The position numbers and the translations under genes are program-made. A model generated the notes under the pieces. It made no database searches and was not told the DNA's origin. It saw only the letters and a program-made list of their open reading frames with translations. A stretch of DNA of 64,000 nt from contig JAANOX010000033.1 of NCBI GenBank assembly GCA_020184695.1, positions 248,001 through 312,000 of the forward strand. Direction: 5' to 3'. Positions 10,753 to 22,471 of this stretch are shown in pieces. Every line of letters starts with the position of its first letter. The first letter of the stretch is position 1. This DNA is from Histomonas meleagridis 2922-C6/04-290x. Lineage: Eukaryota > Protista > Parabasalia.

Positions 10753-11168
10753 AATTATTGTTCAAACATAGTATAAATGTTTCTTTTTAAGTAACAATGA
10801 AAATTAACTTCAGATCAAAGATAAAACTGGAAAAACGATTACACTTTTAATCGTATTTTATACAATTTTGAATTAAAGAATCGGTTATTCATTGTTGGAG
10901 CAGACTCTTTGTTTTATATAAACAATATCCAACCATTTTAAGGAAATATGTAGTTTTTTGATTTAATGAGAGTGAGTTTAAATATTATTTTGAATTTCAA
11001 AGCATTTTTTGTGATTGACAAAATATATGAATTTAAATCAGATTTTTCTTTTTGTAATAATGAATGTCATCAAATTTAAGATTAGGTAACGCTATTTTTT
11101 TTTATCATGTGTCATAGCATAATGATTTATATTGAGATGAATGCGCCAAAAATAAACGGCCGAACTAG

Positions 11169-14100
11169 ATGGAAGCAACAACAAACATTTTAGAAATGCA
11201 AGACTCAATTAAAACATTTCATGTGGATGACGAGGAACTCTTTGAGTTAATATCTTTGTTAAAAAATCCTGCACAATGCGGCCATCAATTTTTTCTTCAA
11301 TTGTATGAAAATTTGTACAAAGCATCATCAGCACAATTAAGTCTCATTGCACAATCCCTTGAAACTTTTCTCTTGTTTTGTGGCATATTACTAGAGCTTA
11401 AAAAAGATCCTGAGCAATTTCATAATACCACTTTTTATTCAGATTATTTTAATTTCCTTCATATCATTGGTTTTCGGATTGACCCTAATTGTGATTTCCA
11501 AAAAATTAATGAATTATTTACAGATTTAATAGGAACTGGATCATTTGATTTATGTATTCAAATTCTTGATATAATTATTCTTACGATCGAAAAACAAAAT
11601 GACAGTGTTGTGCAGCAAGAAACAATTTCAATTACAAATATTTTATACTCGTGTGGGAAAAAATTGAAATCAGGAATCTTCGATATTTCCAACTTTACAT
11701 TCCAAAGCTTTAGCTTTCTTAATTCTGTTATGCGTTTACTTCTTTTATATTTCCAAATCGAGAAAAAAATTTCATCATCCCAAAACTCAAACATTGTAAC
11801 TATTTTCAAGAAAATTCTTGACCTTAAGCCACAAAACGTAACAGATATATTACAAAAATCGTATTTACATTGTGCTAAGATCCGAATTATTAAACTAATG
11901 CTTAGTAGAGATAAAGGATTTCGAGTCAGTGATTATACAGAAAATATAATTTCAACAGTTTTTAAAGAAATTAAATATTTTCCATCGTTAACACATGAAA
12001 CCATTGGTATGTTACGAATGTTTGTTTCACGAATTCAATCTGATTTTCTTACCAATCAAATCCAATCACATTACAAAGATTTTTTAAACTTTAATAATTT
12101 TAATAATAAAACGTTTACGTTCATAGCTGATTTCATTACGCATTATTATCAAAAACGTATAGCGCAAGCTAATCCGATTGATGTTTGGTTTTTAACATTA
12201 TTTTCAGCTAATACACTTTGTTTTTGTAATGGAAAGTTTACTGATTTTTTTGTTAAATTCGAACGAATGTTAAATTATAATAATTTAAATGATTATCAAA
12301 AAATAATGTATTTAATGAATACATTAAATATTCAATTACAAAAAGAAATTTATAATTTAATGAAATTACCTCAAGAACATGAAGTTAAAAAAATACAACC
12401 AACAATATTAAAGTTAAATTCGATTGAAGAACATTTCCAAACAATTATTAATTCATTACATAATTATTTAGTTAAATTAAACCAAATCATTAATTCACAA
12501 AACAAAACATTATTATTTGCTGTTTCTTCTTTACCTTTAAATTATGATCATGATTTAATTAATTCCATTTTATTAAACTCTTTAATCTTGATTGTTAATA
12601 TTAGAGATTGTATCGAAAATAAACTTACTCCAATTTTCGATCAAAATCCAAGTACAGATATTGAAACATATTATAAAACATGTATAAATTATGAAAAACT
12701 AATAAAAAATTGTTCAATTATTCGAGATTTATGTGTTTCAATATCAGAAAAAATTGTTCAATGTTTTGATCAAATTACAACTTTTACCGCGTTTAATATT
12801 TGGGACAATTTTTTTATTGAATTATTTAATGATAAATTCGACTTTACAATTGGAACTATTGTTTATTATGATATCCTTAAGACTCCTTATACATCTATAC
12901 CATTTTTAGATGCGTTATTTCAATTCGGTATAAATAATATTAAACAATCGAATAACATAGAAAAGACGATTAAAGCTATAAATGATTTATTACAAAAGTT
13001 TATAAATAGATCAATTCAAATTCCTTGTAATTATCAATTAAGTCAAACAATATCAAATAGAGCACATATTTTTATATCTGTTTGTAAGGAATATTTATAT
13101 ACTGTTAATTATTTTGGTTTAGTAATTAATGTGATTTGTAATATTTGTAGTTTCGTTGATTATTTAACAAATAATTTCGAGTTTTCGAAAAGAATTTTGA
13201 CTGATGGATTTCTTAAAGTAATTTGTACTTCAATTAAATTGTTGGATTGTTCAAATATGATCATATCGCATTTCATTGAACATTGTATCGGAATTTCGAA
13301 AGATTTTTTAAAATTACCTTTTATAATTGAAACTATTTTTCAATTTACTTATGATGAAACTAAAATTGGTTTGAAATTACTTTTAATGGCCGAAAAAATT
13401 GATCCGAATTTAATATATTCACATCATTCTATTAATGAATTTTATCAAGTTGCAATTTCACTTTTAGATTCTACTTCTTCTGCTAATAAAAAAATATTAA
13501 TTCATTTTATTCAAAATATACAAGAAAGAAATCCTTCATTAATAATAAATAAAGTGTTAACAGATGTAATTGATAGAAGAAAAGTTGTTTTCCAAAATGA
13601 ACAAAATCAATTTCAATGTGATTATTCATCTTTTTTGGTATCAATAACAAAATCATTAAATGAAACACCAAATAATGAAGTTTTATATCAATTAATTTCG
13701 GATGTAATAACTTCATTATATAAAGAAAAAATATTTTCCATAGAAAACAGAAGAAATTTTATAAAATTATTAACAATTTTATTAAAAATGCATTTAAACA
13801 ATCCGAAATTAATTGAGAAATATATTCTTAAAATATTAATAAATTCGAATGATAATATATCTGTTTATGCACATACACTTGCATGTTTATGTGCAATTTA
13901 TATAGAACCACCATTAAATATTGTGTATAATATATTAAATTTAATTAAAAGCATTGAAATATTTGTTGATTTTATAAATGAATTACGATTAATTTCTGAT
14001 TTCCATTTAATCCCTAGTAAAGGTTCATTAGAAATATTAATTTTGACTTTAATTAAAGAATTACCTACTGAAGTTATAGATCCTATTTCATTAGCAATTT

Positions 14101-17100
14101 TTGTATCTAAAAATATAATTAATTTAATAGAATTAAAAATTCGAAGTGATGATATAACAAAAGATAAATTAAACTTTATTGAACTTGATTTTTTAAGTAC
14201 ATCAAAAATCGAAATTATAATTTTTGTACGTAAATTATTAAAAGAACGAAAAATTAGTTTATCTCCTTTATTCGATGCAATTAATACATATACAAAACCT
14301 TATCCATTAATTGCATTATTTGAATTAATGAGTGAATGTGATTGTAATAGTGAAGTAGTAAAATATTTTGATCAAATTTGTCAAGATCAACCTATGAATC
14401 TTATGCAATTAAAGAAAGTTGCTTATTTACTTCGAGCTTTTCCAAAATTAGTAAAGATTAAACAAGAAAGAATCGTAGAAATCATGAAAAATAATTGTTT
14501 TAAACTTACGAATACTACTGTATTAAATCAACAAGCATTAATTTTATCATTTTTAATTCCGATTTTAAAAAGTAATGTTAATTTTGACTTAAATTATCTT
14601 TCAATGTTACCAATAATACAAAAATTAATTTATGGTAATAAAGAAATTAATAAAATTTATAAGAAACAAGCACAAGATGCTTTATATTACTTAGCTAAAA
14701 AAGGTAATAATAAAATCCTTAGAGAAATAGATGCATATTATAAAAATTTAGCAAATATTTCTAATTTCCCTACAAAACCTAATTCTAATATTTTCATTAA
14801 CTTTATGAAAAGTAAAGATTTGATTATATCTTTTTATCGAATTGAGACATGTCAAATATTTGATATTATATTAAAATTCTTAGAAGAATTACCACAAATT
14901 TTAGGTGCAAATGAAAACCAAAACATTGATATTTATGAATTTGATAATAGTATTAATGTATTATTTAGTTTTTTAGATAATTGTGATATTAGTTTCCTAA
15001 GAAAAAAAGATTATCTTTTTAGAGTATATTCATCAATTTGTTTAATATATTTACATTTTACTCAATTTAGGAAATTAAAATATGAAAAATATTTTGTTGA
15101 AATCATTTTAAAAACTAAAACTAAATTTATTTCATTTGTAAATGAATCTTTATCTTTAATTGGTAATAAAATAATTGGTTTAATTATGATGTTAGAAAAT
15201 GAAATGATTTTAAATTTAATAAATTCAAATTATTCTAATTTAAAAATCAATTTAAATATTGGTCATAATGTTAATAATAATGTAGCGTTGTTTTATTTAG
15301 GTTGTTTTGCTTCTCATTTCCAACAATCTGATTTTGATACTATAATACAAATATTAAGTAATTACATTATGAATTTCAAAAATAATTTTGAAGGATTTTC
15401 TTCAATAATTTTTGATATATTTTTAAATCAAATTCTAAAAAATTCGTCAAAACATTTTTTACAATTTACGTTTACTATAATACAAAAAGGTTATTCAGTA
15501 TTTAAAACACAAATTAAAATAATGTATTTAAATTATATCAATAAATTTACTTTTAATGATTTTGTTGAATTAAATTATTCCAAAGTAGATGAAGAAAATA
15601 TAAAATTTTTCAAATTATTTATAAAACATATATTTATAAATCATAATGAACAAGTTAATAATTATTTAGAATTCATTAAAAATAATTTTTCTACTTATGT
15701 ATATATAAATATACTTTTGTTATTACCTAAATTAAATATTACTTCTTATGTTGAAGATGCTTATGAATTATTTAATGTATCAGGTGATATTTTAACAAGA
15801 AATAAAATATTATTATATTGGTCTAAAACAATTTCAAATCAAACGCATTTCCAAGAAATGATAAATAATTTAATTCCTTTAATTTCATATTGTTTAAACT
15901 ATGATATAGCGCAATGTTTAAGTACATTAATAATTCCTGAAGAAGAAACCTTACCTGATGAATTCATAAAATTAATTCCTATTTTAATTAAAAGTTCTGA
16001 TTCTATAAATCCTTTATTAACATTTCTAAGTAAAAACAAAAATAATTTTGATTTAATTCAATGGTGTGAAATCGAAACGCAATTATTATCATATGAATAT
16101 TCAAATAAAATCACGTTACAAATATTTCATAAAAATTCTCGATTTTTAAAGAAAATATCGTTGTTAATACCTAATGAATATGATCAAGATTTTATTGGTA
16201 AATATTATTCACATATATATCATTTAGAAAAATGTGTAATCAAATCGATTCAATATATACATGAAAACTTTGAAGCGTATTCCAAATATTTAAAGAATTT
16301 TGTTGAAATTGGTTCAAAATTAGTTGAGCTTATGCAAGAAGAAAATATAATATCAAATGAAATATTACAAATTTATATTATAAATGCTGAACATTCAATT
16401 GAATCTGATTTTGCCGAAATTTGTAATGAATATATTCCTTCATATGTTAAATATAGTGATTTAAATTTAGCACAAACTAAAGTATTATTAGATATATTAA
16501 TAAAATTTTTACAAAATGAAAAATGGCCATTTTTAGCATTAGCGATTTATTATTTAATAAATAAAGCATTTAAAGAACAATTACTTGATAAAGTATATGA
16601 TTTAGTCAACATACAGATATTATTAAAAACTTTTCCAATAATTTGGGATTTGAAGTTACCAATTTCTTATAGTATTTTACCAAAAGTAGTTTCATTATAT
16701 AGAACAATTTCATTTGAATCATTATTAGATACTTATACATATGATTCAATGTTAACTTATATAATTTCATTTCCTTCTGTAGAAACTTATAATTATTTAT
16801 TTAATCAACTTGAGACATGTGTAAATAATTATAATATAAATTCGATTTTTTATATAAATCATTTAATTAAAAATGGCTTGGTATTAAAAGATGCAAATAA
16901 ATCATTTAGAACGAAAATTCTTTCTTATTTAAATAATAAATCTGTTGTACAAATATTTTGTCAGTCATCAAAAACTTATTTCGATAATGAAATTTTAAAT
17001 GAATTAATTATGAATTCATTTGAATTATTATCAAAATATGTTTATAATAAAAATCCAAAAGTCTTAATAAATTTCTTAAATAATAATAATGATAATGAAT

Positions 17101-19265
17101 GTAATTTAATTAAAGGTATGAAAACACTTTCAAACATTTATCAAAATAACGACTTAATTAACTTTTTCATTTTTATTTATTATTTACCAACTTTTAACAT
17201 TTTTCCAATAAATAATATACAATTTAATACAGTTTTTAATAAAGGATTGAAAATCGATGATCATTTGTTTAAATGGAATGAATCGAATTTATATTTTTAT
17301 GATGAATTTAAATTCGGTTCAATTAAAATAATTCCAAATTCGGAGTTTTATCAATCATTTCAATTCTATGAGAAATCATTAAATTCTTTATCAGCAAATA
17401 TAAAAGAAATCGACAAAAACGTACTTGAAAATTATTTAGAAAGTAAAACGCCATTAATTAATGAAACCTTACGAATATTTTATCAAAACTCGAAATCAAC
17501 TGAAATATATAAAATTATAAAACAATATCTTGTTGATGCATTACCAAATGTTAATCATAAAAATTATTTCGAATTTATTATTATTAAACAATTTAAATCT
17601 GCAATAAAACATTTAGTTAATACACCGAATTTAGAAAAGAAAATATTTGATTATGAGTTAAATCCATTATTTCCACCTGAGATACATGAAAGTTATGAAA
17701 AACTTCGAAATATTTTATTTTCCAAAGTCAAACCACAAAATAAATTTAAAGATATAAATGAAACACATCAAAATCTATATGAAAAATCCATAAATTTATA
17801 TAAAAATATTTCCGAATCTGAAAATAACATAAAAACTGAAGAATTAAATATCCAAAACTTAATCACTGCTATTTTTATAGGTGAAATTGATAAAAAATTA
17901 GAAATCATTGCAATAAATAATCTTTTAACAGGTTTACGAATCAATTGTAAGAACGATGTCTTTATTTCATCATTTATAACAAATATCGAATTATTTAAAC
18001 CTAAACTTAATGATTTTGTTCATAGTTTTAAATCAATTCCATTTCATTGGTCACAACTTTTTTCGGAAAAAATGAAATCCGATTCAATATTAATGTCATT
18101 ATTTGAAGTTATACATCCTTCATTTTGGATTGAGTTTAAAGACAGTAATATTCCACCTGATGTTTCTAATAAAATTAACTCATTTTTAACGCCTTTAATT
18201 AATCAACTTAATAAAGAAGAAATTAATGTTAAATCGGATATATTAAAATATGAAAAAGAAATTGTTAATGAGTTTAGAAGTAAAAATAAACTTAAACATA
18301 ATAAAAATGATTTAATTGATTTCCCTAAAGAAGAAAATAAATTAAAATCACAACATATACATTCACAACAAATAGCCCAAATCATTCCGCCATTATATAA
18401 TGAACATGATGAAACTAATTTTCTGAATGTATTTTATAATAGTATATATGTTATAGCTGAAATAACTTTAAAGAATGGAAATATTATTAAATATATAATA
18501 GCTAAAAACTCATTAACTGATTCAAAGTTTTCTTTATTTTGTAATTTAATTTCAAATCTTTTAAAGAAATCTCCTGAAAGTTATCATAAGAATCAAATAA
18601 TAAATAGTATTTATTCTGTTAATTTATATAACGATTTCGATTTAATTGCTACAAATAATTCGAATCCTTTTGTTAATTATAATATTATTTCGAAATTATT
18701 AGATATGAAAGATTTCGCTATAAGTAAAAATGATGAAGAAGAAGATCATAGATATATAAAAATAAATCCGAAAAATAAAAAAAATTTAATAAACTTCGCA
18801 CAAAAACAAAGTTATTGCAATTGGTTTTGGAATTTCGGTACTCGTTATGCAGCGATTTCTATGTTACAATTCGCTTGTTGTTCACCAGTACCAAATCCTT
18901 TCGATTTGTTTATTGATGAAGAAAACGCTACAATTACATTTTCGCGATTTGAAGAAAATGACGAATTCCAATTAATAAGGTTTTGTGGTAAGTTGAGATT
19001 TTTGGAGGATATCTTAATAGCATTGGTGCCATTTAAATATGGAATGATTGCCGCCGCTTCTTGTTACGCTTATAATAGACATAAAATAAATTTGTTCTTG
19101 AAAAATATATTAAATAAAAACGAAGAAAAGAGAATGGAATTCTTAGAAAGAATTTATAGATTCTCAATAAGAGATAACGAACCTGAAATAATTCAAGAAG
19201 ACATAAATGATTTAATAGAAAAGTCCATAACATCAAATTGCTTGTTCGCGCTGCCATGGATATAA
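11169..19265 (+). CDS. Giant 2698-aa helical-repeat protein with C-terminal PIKK pseudokinase/FATC-like end (TRRAP/Tra1-like)
   Basis: C-terminus WFWNFGTRYAAISMLQFA...P..LFID...LIRFCGKL...GMIAAASC...LFLKN...ALPWI parallels Tra1/TRRAP (FW.FRKQF..QYA...M...PFRLTPN...A.A....PW.). No DxxxxN/DFG catalytic motifs are visible. Confidence 0.5.
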   Translation: MEATTNILEMQDSIKTFHVDDEELFELISLLKNPAQCGHQFFLQLYENLYKASSAQLSLIAQSLETFLLFCGILLELKKDPEQFHNTTFYSDYFNFLHIIGFRIDPNCDFQKINELFTDLIGTGSFDLCIQILDIIILTIEKQNDSVVQQETISITNILYSCGKKLKSGIFDISNFTFQSFSFLNSVMRLLLLYFQIEKKISSSQNSNIVTIFKKILDLKPQNVTDILQKSYLHCAKIRIIKLMLSRDKGFRVSDYTENIISTVFKEIKYFPSLTHETIGMLRMFVSRIQSDFLTNQIQSHYKDFLNFNNFNNKTFTFIADFITHYYQKRIAQANPIDVWFLTLFSANTLCFCNGKFTDFFVKFERMLNYNNLNDYQKIMYLMNTLNIQLQKEIYNLMKLPQEHEVKKIQPTILKLNSIEEHFQTIINSLHNYLVKLNQIINSQNKTLLFAVSSLPLNYDHDLINSILLNSLILIVNIRDCIENKLTPIFDQNPSTDIETYYKTCINYEKLIKNCSIIRDLCVSISEKIVQCFDQITTFTAFNIWDNFFIELFNDKFDFTIGTIVYYDILKTPYTSIPFLDALFQFGINNIKQSNNIEKTIKAINDLLQKFINRSIQIPCNYQLSQTISNRAHIFISVCKEYLYTVNYFGLVINVICNICSFVDYLTNNFEFSKRILTDGFLKVICTSIKLLDCSNMIISHFIEHCIGISKDFLKLPFIIETIFQFTYDETKIGLKLLLMAEKIDPNLIYSHHSINEFYQVAISLLDSTSSANKKILIHFIQNIQERNPSLIINKVLTDVIDRRKVVFQNEQNQFQCDYSSFLVSITKSLNETPNNEVLYQLISDVITSLYKEKIFSIENRRNFIKLLTILLKMHLNNPKLIEKYILKILINSNDNISVYAHTLACLCAIYIEPPLNIVYNILNLIKSIEIFVDFINELRLISDFHLIPSKGSLEILILTLIKELPTEVIDPISLAIFVSKNIINLIELKIRSDDITKDKLNFIELDFLSTSKIEIIIFVRKLLKERKISLSPLFDAINTYTKPYPLIALFELMSECDCNSEVVKYFDQICQDQPMNLMQLKKVAYLLRAFPKLVKIKQERIVEIMKNNCFKLTNTTVLNQQALILSFLIPILKSNVNFDLNYLSMLPIIQKLIYGNKEINKIYKKQAQDALYYLAKKGNNKILREIDAYYKNLANISNFPTKPNSNIFINFMKSKDLIISFYRIETCQIFDIILKFLEELPQILGANENQNIDIYEFDNSINVLFSFLDNCDISFLRKKDYLFRVYSSICLIYLHFTQFRKLKYEKYFVEIILKTKTKFISFVNESLSLIGNKIIGLIMMLENEMILNLINSNYSNLKINLNIGHNVNNNVALFYLGCFASHFQQSDFDTIIQILSNYIMNFKNNFEGFSSIIFDIFLNQILKNSSKHFLQFTFTIIQKGYSVFKTQIKIMYLNYINKFTFNDFVELNYSKVDEENIKFFKLFIKHIFINHNEQVNNYLEFIKNNFSTYVYINILLLLPKLNITSYVEDAYELFNVSGDILTRNKILLYWSKTISNQTHFQEMINNLIPLISYCLNYDIAQCLSTLIIPEEETLPDEFIKLIPILIKSSDSINPLLTFLSKNKNNFDLIQWCEIETQLLSYEYSNKITLQIFHKNSRFLKKISLLIPNEYDQDFIGKYYSHIYHLEKCVIKSIQYIHENFEAYSKYLKNFVEIGSKLVELMQEENIISNEILQIYIINAEHSIESDFAEICNEYIPSYVKYSDLNLAQTKVLLDILIKFLQNEKWPFLALAIYYLINKAFKEQLLDKVYDLVNIQILLKTFPIIWDLKLPISYSILPKVVSLYRTISFESLLDTYTYDSMLTYIISFPSVETYNYLFNQLETCVNNYNINSIFYINHLIKNGLVLKDANKSFRTKILSYLNNKSVVQIFCQSSKTYFDNEILNELIMNSFELLSKYVYNKNPKVLINFLNNNNDNECNLIKGMKTLSNIYQNNDLINFFIFIYYLPTFNIFPINNIQFNTVFNKGLKIDDHLFKWNESNLYFYDEFKFGSIKIIPNSEFYQSFQFYEKSLNSLSANIKEIDKNVLENYLESKTPLINETLRIFYQNSKSTEIYKIIKQYLVDALPNVNHKNYFEFIIIKQFKSAIKHLVNTPNLEKKIFDYELNPLFPPEIHESYEKLRNILFSKVKPQNKFKDINETHQNLYEKSINLYKNISESENNIKTEELNIQNLITAIFIGEIDKKLEIIAINNLLTGLRINCKNDVFISSFITNIELFKPKLNDFVHSFKSIPFHWSQLFSEKMKSDSILMSLFEVIHPSFWIEFKDSNIPPDVSNKINSFLTPLINQLNKEEINVKSDILKYEKEIVNEFRSKNKLKHNKNDLIDFPKEENKLKSQHIHSQQIAQIIPPLYNEHDETNFLNVFYNSIYVIAEITLKNGNIIKYIIAKNSLTDSKFSLFCNLISNLLKKSPESYHKNQIINSIYSVNLYNDFDLIATNNSNPFVNYNIISKLLDMKDFAISKNDEEEDHRYIKINPKNKKNLINFAQKQSYCNWFWNFGTRYAAISMLQFACCSPVPNPFDLFIDEENATITFSRFEENDEFQLIRFCGKLRFLEDILIALVPFKYGMIAAASCYAYNRHKINLFLKNILNKNEEKRMEFLERIYRFSIRDNEPEIIQEDINDLIEKSITSNCLFALPWI

Positions 19266-19599
19266 TAAACTATATTAACTATTTAAACATATTTTATCTT
19301 TTTAGTAGTGATAACATTTGCCTCAATTTACTTAAAGTAGATCTTGTTTGCATGAATACAGCACTGATACTTTTTAAATTAAAGCAAAAGTAATCATTTT
19401 AAACAACACATAAATGCTATCAATTCCATAGCAATAAAAACTTATTACAAATTCTAATCGAAATGCTAAATGAAGTTATTAGAGAGAACAAAATATAACA
19501 ATAACAAAGAGAATATTAATACAAATGATACACTTAAAGTAAAATTTATTTAATTTAAATATAATACAGTTCCAGAACAGTAATTATTTAATTATCCAT

Positions 19600-21558
19600 T
19601 CACTCATTGTAAAGTGCCTCAATCTCATCTTGGTATCTCACAGTAAGCTCTCTCCTTCTGACTTTGTATGTTGGCGATATGCATCCGTTGTCCATTGTCC
19701 ATTCGTCATTGACGCATTTGATCTTCTTCACCTTCTGGTAGCCGAGGAGTTCTCTTTCTGCCTCAATTCGGTGCATTTGGTTCATAATTGCGTCGATTAC
19801 TTGAATCGAATCGCATGCGGCCTTGAACTCATTGTCATTGAGTTTCTTTCCAAGTAAAACCTCGACATCAGCTTTGCTTGGGATGACAATTCCGACCAAA
19901 TAACTACGACTTGCATCTCCATAAATGAAGATATTCTGAATCAATGGCGCTTCTTCATAGAATGTACCTAACAGCTCAGCAGCAACGTATTCTCCTTGTG
20001 AGAGCTTGAAGATAGATCTCATTCGATCAACAACAAGAAGAACATTATCTTCATCAAATTTTCCAATATCACCTGTATGAATCCATGTATGGGTTTCGTC
20101 GGTGAAAAGGTTCTTTGTTCCTTCTGGATCATTCAGATATCCGGAACAGAGGCCTGTACCGCCCATTTGGATCTCGCCAACCCCGGGATCGTCAAAACCG
20201 TCGACCTTTGAAATTCGGATTTCGACATTTGAAAGGGGATAACCGTTTGTCCCATATTTTATATACTTTATTTGGGGTGGGGACAAAGTGTTACCGCTGC
20301 CACCTTCTGACAAACCGTAACCGGTACGAATGGGTACCCCCAAAATAACTTGCATTTCCCTGTGAACTGCCGGAACGATAGCCGCGGAACCGTTACAGAT
20401 TTGAGTGACACAACCGCCCATCTGAGACTTGATTTTGTTGAAGACGATGATATCAGGAATGAAAGTTGGCATGTCATGCATGAGAAGAAACTCTTTGACG
20501 TAGAATGCAACGTTAAAGATAGTACGGACAATAATTGATGAACTCTTAATGCGTGAATTAACAGCATCATTCATCCTTTGAAGAACTCGTGGAACACAAC
20601 AAAGACATGTAGGCTTAAGTATTTGCATGTCTTCGGATAGTTTTGGAATTGAGCCACTAAAAACTCCGATTTTTCCACCACTATATAATGTGCAACTGGA
20701 ACACATCTTTTCGAAAACATGGCAAAGAGGAAGATATGAAATATGACGTTCGTAGGTGGCATCGCAATACTCTGAGTGGATAGCAATGAGATTTGTTACA
20801 AATGAGCGATGACTTATCATTACTCCTTTTGGAAAACCAGTGGTACCAGAACTGTAACAGATATACATTATCTGCTCAGGATCTATTTCCGCAAGGGCTG
20901 GCTCTTTGTTCTTTCCAAGTTCGCAGACTTCTTTGAATGTTCTTAAATTTGTATTATTCCATGCAATTTTATCGATGAAAGGTTGGTCTTCTGGAATGAT
21001 ATCATCGAAAAGAATAATTTCTTTAAACTGCTTTAATACTTCATCCTTAATTCTTTGGAATTTTGAAAAATCATTTCTACTAAGAATAATATATTGAGTT
21101 CCACAGTTCTTAATAGAATACTCAAGAGCATCGAGTGCAAAGGCACTGAAAAGGTGAACAGTAGTAAAGCCAATGAGATATGATGCATCTGCTGCTAATA
21201 TCCATTCTGGTCGATTTTCACTTAAAATTGCAACAAATGTTCTGTTTTCAACACCAAGTTGAGAAAGACCTGATGCAAAGTTACTAGAAATTTTGTAGGC
21301 TTCAGAGTATGTGATAAAAGTAAATTTGTTATCAAGAACACCATTTTCGAGTTTTCTTCTTCCAACGTATTCTCTTTCTTTATATTTTTCCATTGATTTA
21401 AGGTAAACATCTTGACCTGTTCTTAGATCTTCTGGTAATTGTAATACACCATCAGCATACTTTGGATGACGACGAATTGCATATGGGGTTATGTCCTCAC
21501 CTGTTGCATATGCTGAGTATGTTCCTGGTGGAGCTGTTTTGGATTGGGAAAGGCCCAT
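19600..21558 (-). CDS. Long-chain fatty-acid--CoA ligase (AMP-binding family)
   Basis: YSSGTTGFPKGVMISH, YLPLCHVFE, GYGLSE, HTGDIG, FKLSQGEYVA, SPTYKVRR. Likely start MGLSQS at 21558. Confidence 0.93.
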   Translation of the reverse strand: MGLSQSKTAPPGTYSAYATGEDITPYAIRRHPKYADGVLQLPEDLRTGQDVYLKSMEKYKEREYVGRRKLENGVLDNKFTFITYSEAYKISSNFASGLSQLGVENRTFVAILSENRPEWILAADASYLIGFTTVHLFSAFALDALEYSIKNCGTQYIILSRNDFSKFQRIKDEVLKQFKEIILFDDIIPEDQPFIDKIAWNNTNLRTFKEVCELGKNKEPALAEIDPEQIMYICYSSGTTGFPKGVMISHRSFVTNLIAIHSEYCDATYERHISYLPLCHVFEKMCSSCTLYSGGKIGVFSGSIPKLSEDMQILKPTCLCCVPRVLQRMNDAVNSRIKSSSIIVRTIFNVAFYVKEFLLMHDMPTFIPDIIVFNKIKSQMGGCVTQICNGSAAIVPAVHREMQVILGVPIRTGYGLSEGGSGNTLSPPQIKYIKYGTNGYPLSNVEIRISKVDGFDDPGVGEIQMGGTGLCSGYLNDPEGTKNLFTDETHTWIHTGDIGKFDEDNVLLVVDRMRSIFKLSQGEYVAAELLGTFYEEAPLIQNIFIYGDASRSYLVGIVIPSKADVEVLLGKKLNDNEFKAACDSIQVIDAIMNQMHRIEAERELLGYQKVKKIKCVNDEWTMDNGCISPTYKVRRRELTVRYQDEIEALYNE

Positions 21559-21640
21559 TTTTTGGCGGTTAAAAGAAAGATTTTTCTCAAAATTCAACGA
21601 TTATTCAATTTCGCCAAAATCGATCATCGTTTGAATTGAG

Positions 21641-21717
21641 ATAGATGTAATAATGTATATATATCATATATTTATGATATCAAGATCGTAGGATGATCGC
21701 TATATACGATGGGTGGA
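21641..21717. repeat. Copy 1 of a 77-nt intergenic direct repeat with predicted branched hairpin
   Basis: 70/77 identical to 22301-22377, exactly 660 nt apart. The core atatcaagatcgtaggatgatcgctatatac is identical. Confidence 0.9.
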
Positions 21718-22300
21718 TAGATACTACTCTTCAAGTTTCCTTGAAGTGCCATTTTTTAGAAAAAAATAATTTTAAATTTAATAAGAAATTTTATTAAATG
21801 ATTGATATTTTCCTTCGGAATCTTAATAATCTTCACTAAATCCAGTGCGAACCGAATGTTCTTAATTCCAAGAAGTTTTAATTTTTTCAATATAGTTAGT
21901 GCAAACTTTTTTTTAAATTTTAATAATATACAAGGTGTACTCATATCATACATTTTTTTATTTAATTCATAAATTCAAGATTTCATATAATTATTTGGAA
22001 TAAATAACAAATCACGATTCTATGATAAAATATCAATATTTTTATTTTTTAACAAACCAAGAATCATTTAATTTGGCTGTTGACAAATTACAATGATGTA
22101 AATTGATAACGTATCTTTTCGAGGAAAGGGTAAAATTTTGATAATATTTACCATCATTCAAATTCGCTTCTATCGTCACTTATCGTCGCTGCTATCGTTT
22201 GATATTAACCATGCAAAAGTCGATTTTTGTCACTTTTTGGAATGATAGAATAAATTTATCTCGTGCTAATTATGATATTATTCTTAGTTTTTTATTGATC

Positions 22301-22377
22301 ATAGATGTAACTATGTATATATATTATATATCCATAATATCAAGATCGTAGGATGATCGCTATATACAATGGGTGGA
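22301..22377. repeat. Copy 2 of the 77-nt intergenic direct repeat
   Basis: Direct alignment to 21641-21717 shows 7 substitutions and no indels. Confidence 0.9.
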
Positions 22378-22471
22378 AATCGCAAGTCGAGTTTAATAGT
22401 ATTAATAGAATGCATTTTTGTTTCAATTTTTCGGTTATGTACGTTTAAGAATATTTAAAAACACACAATTA

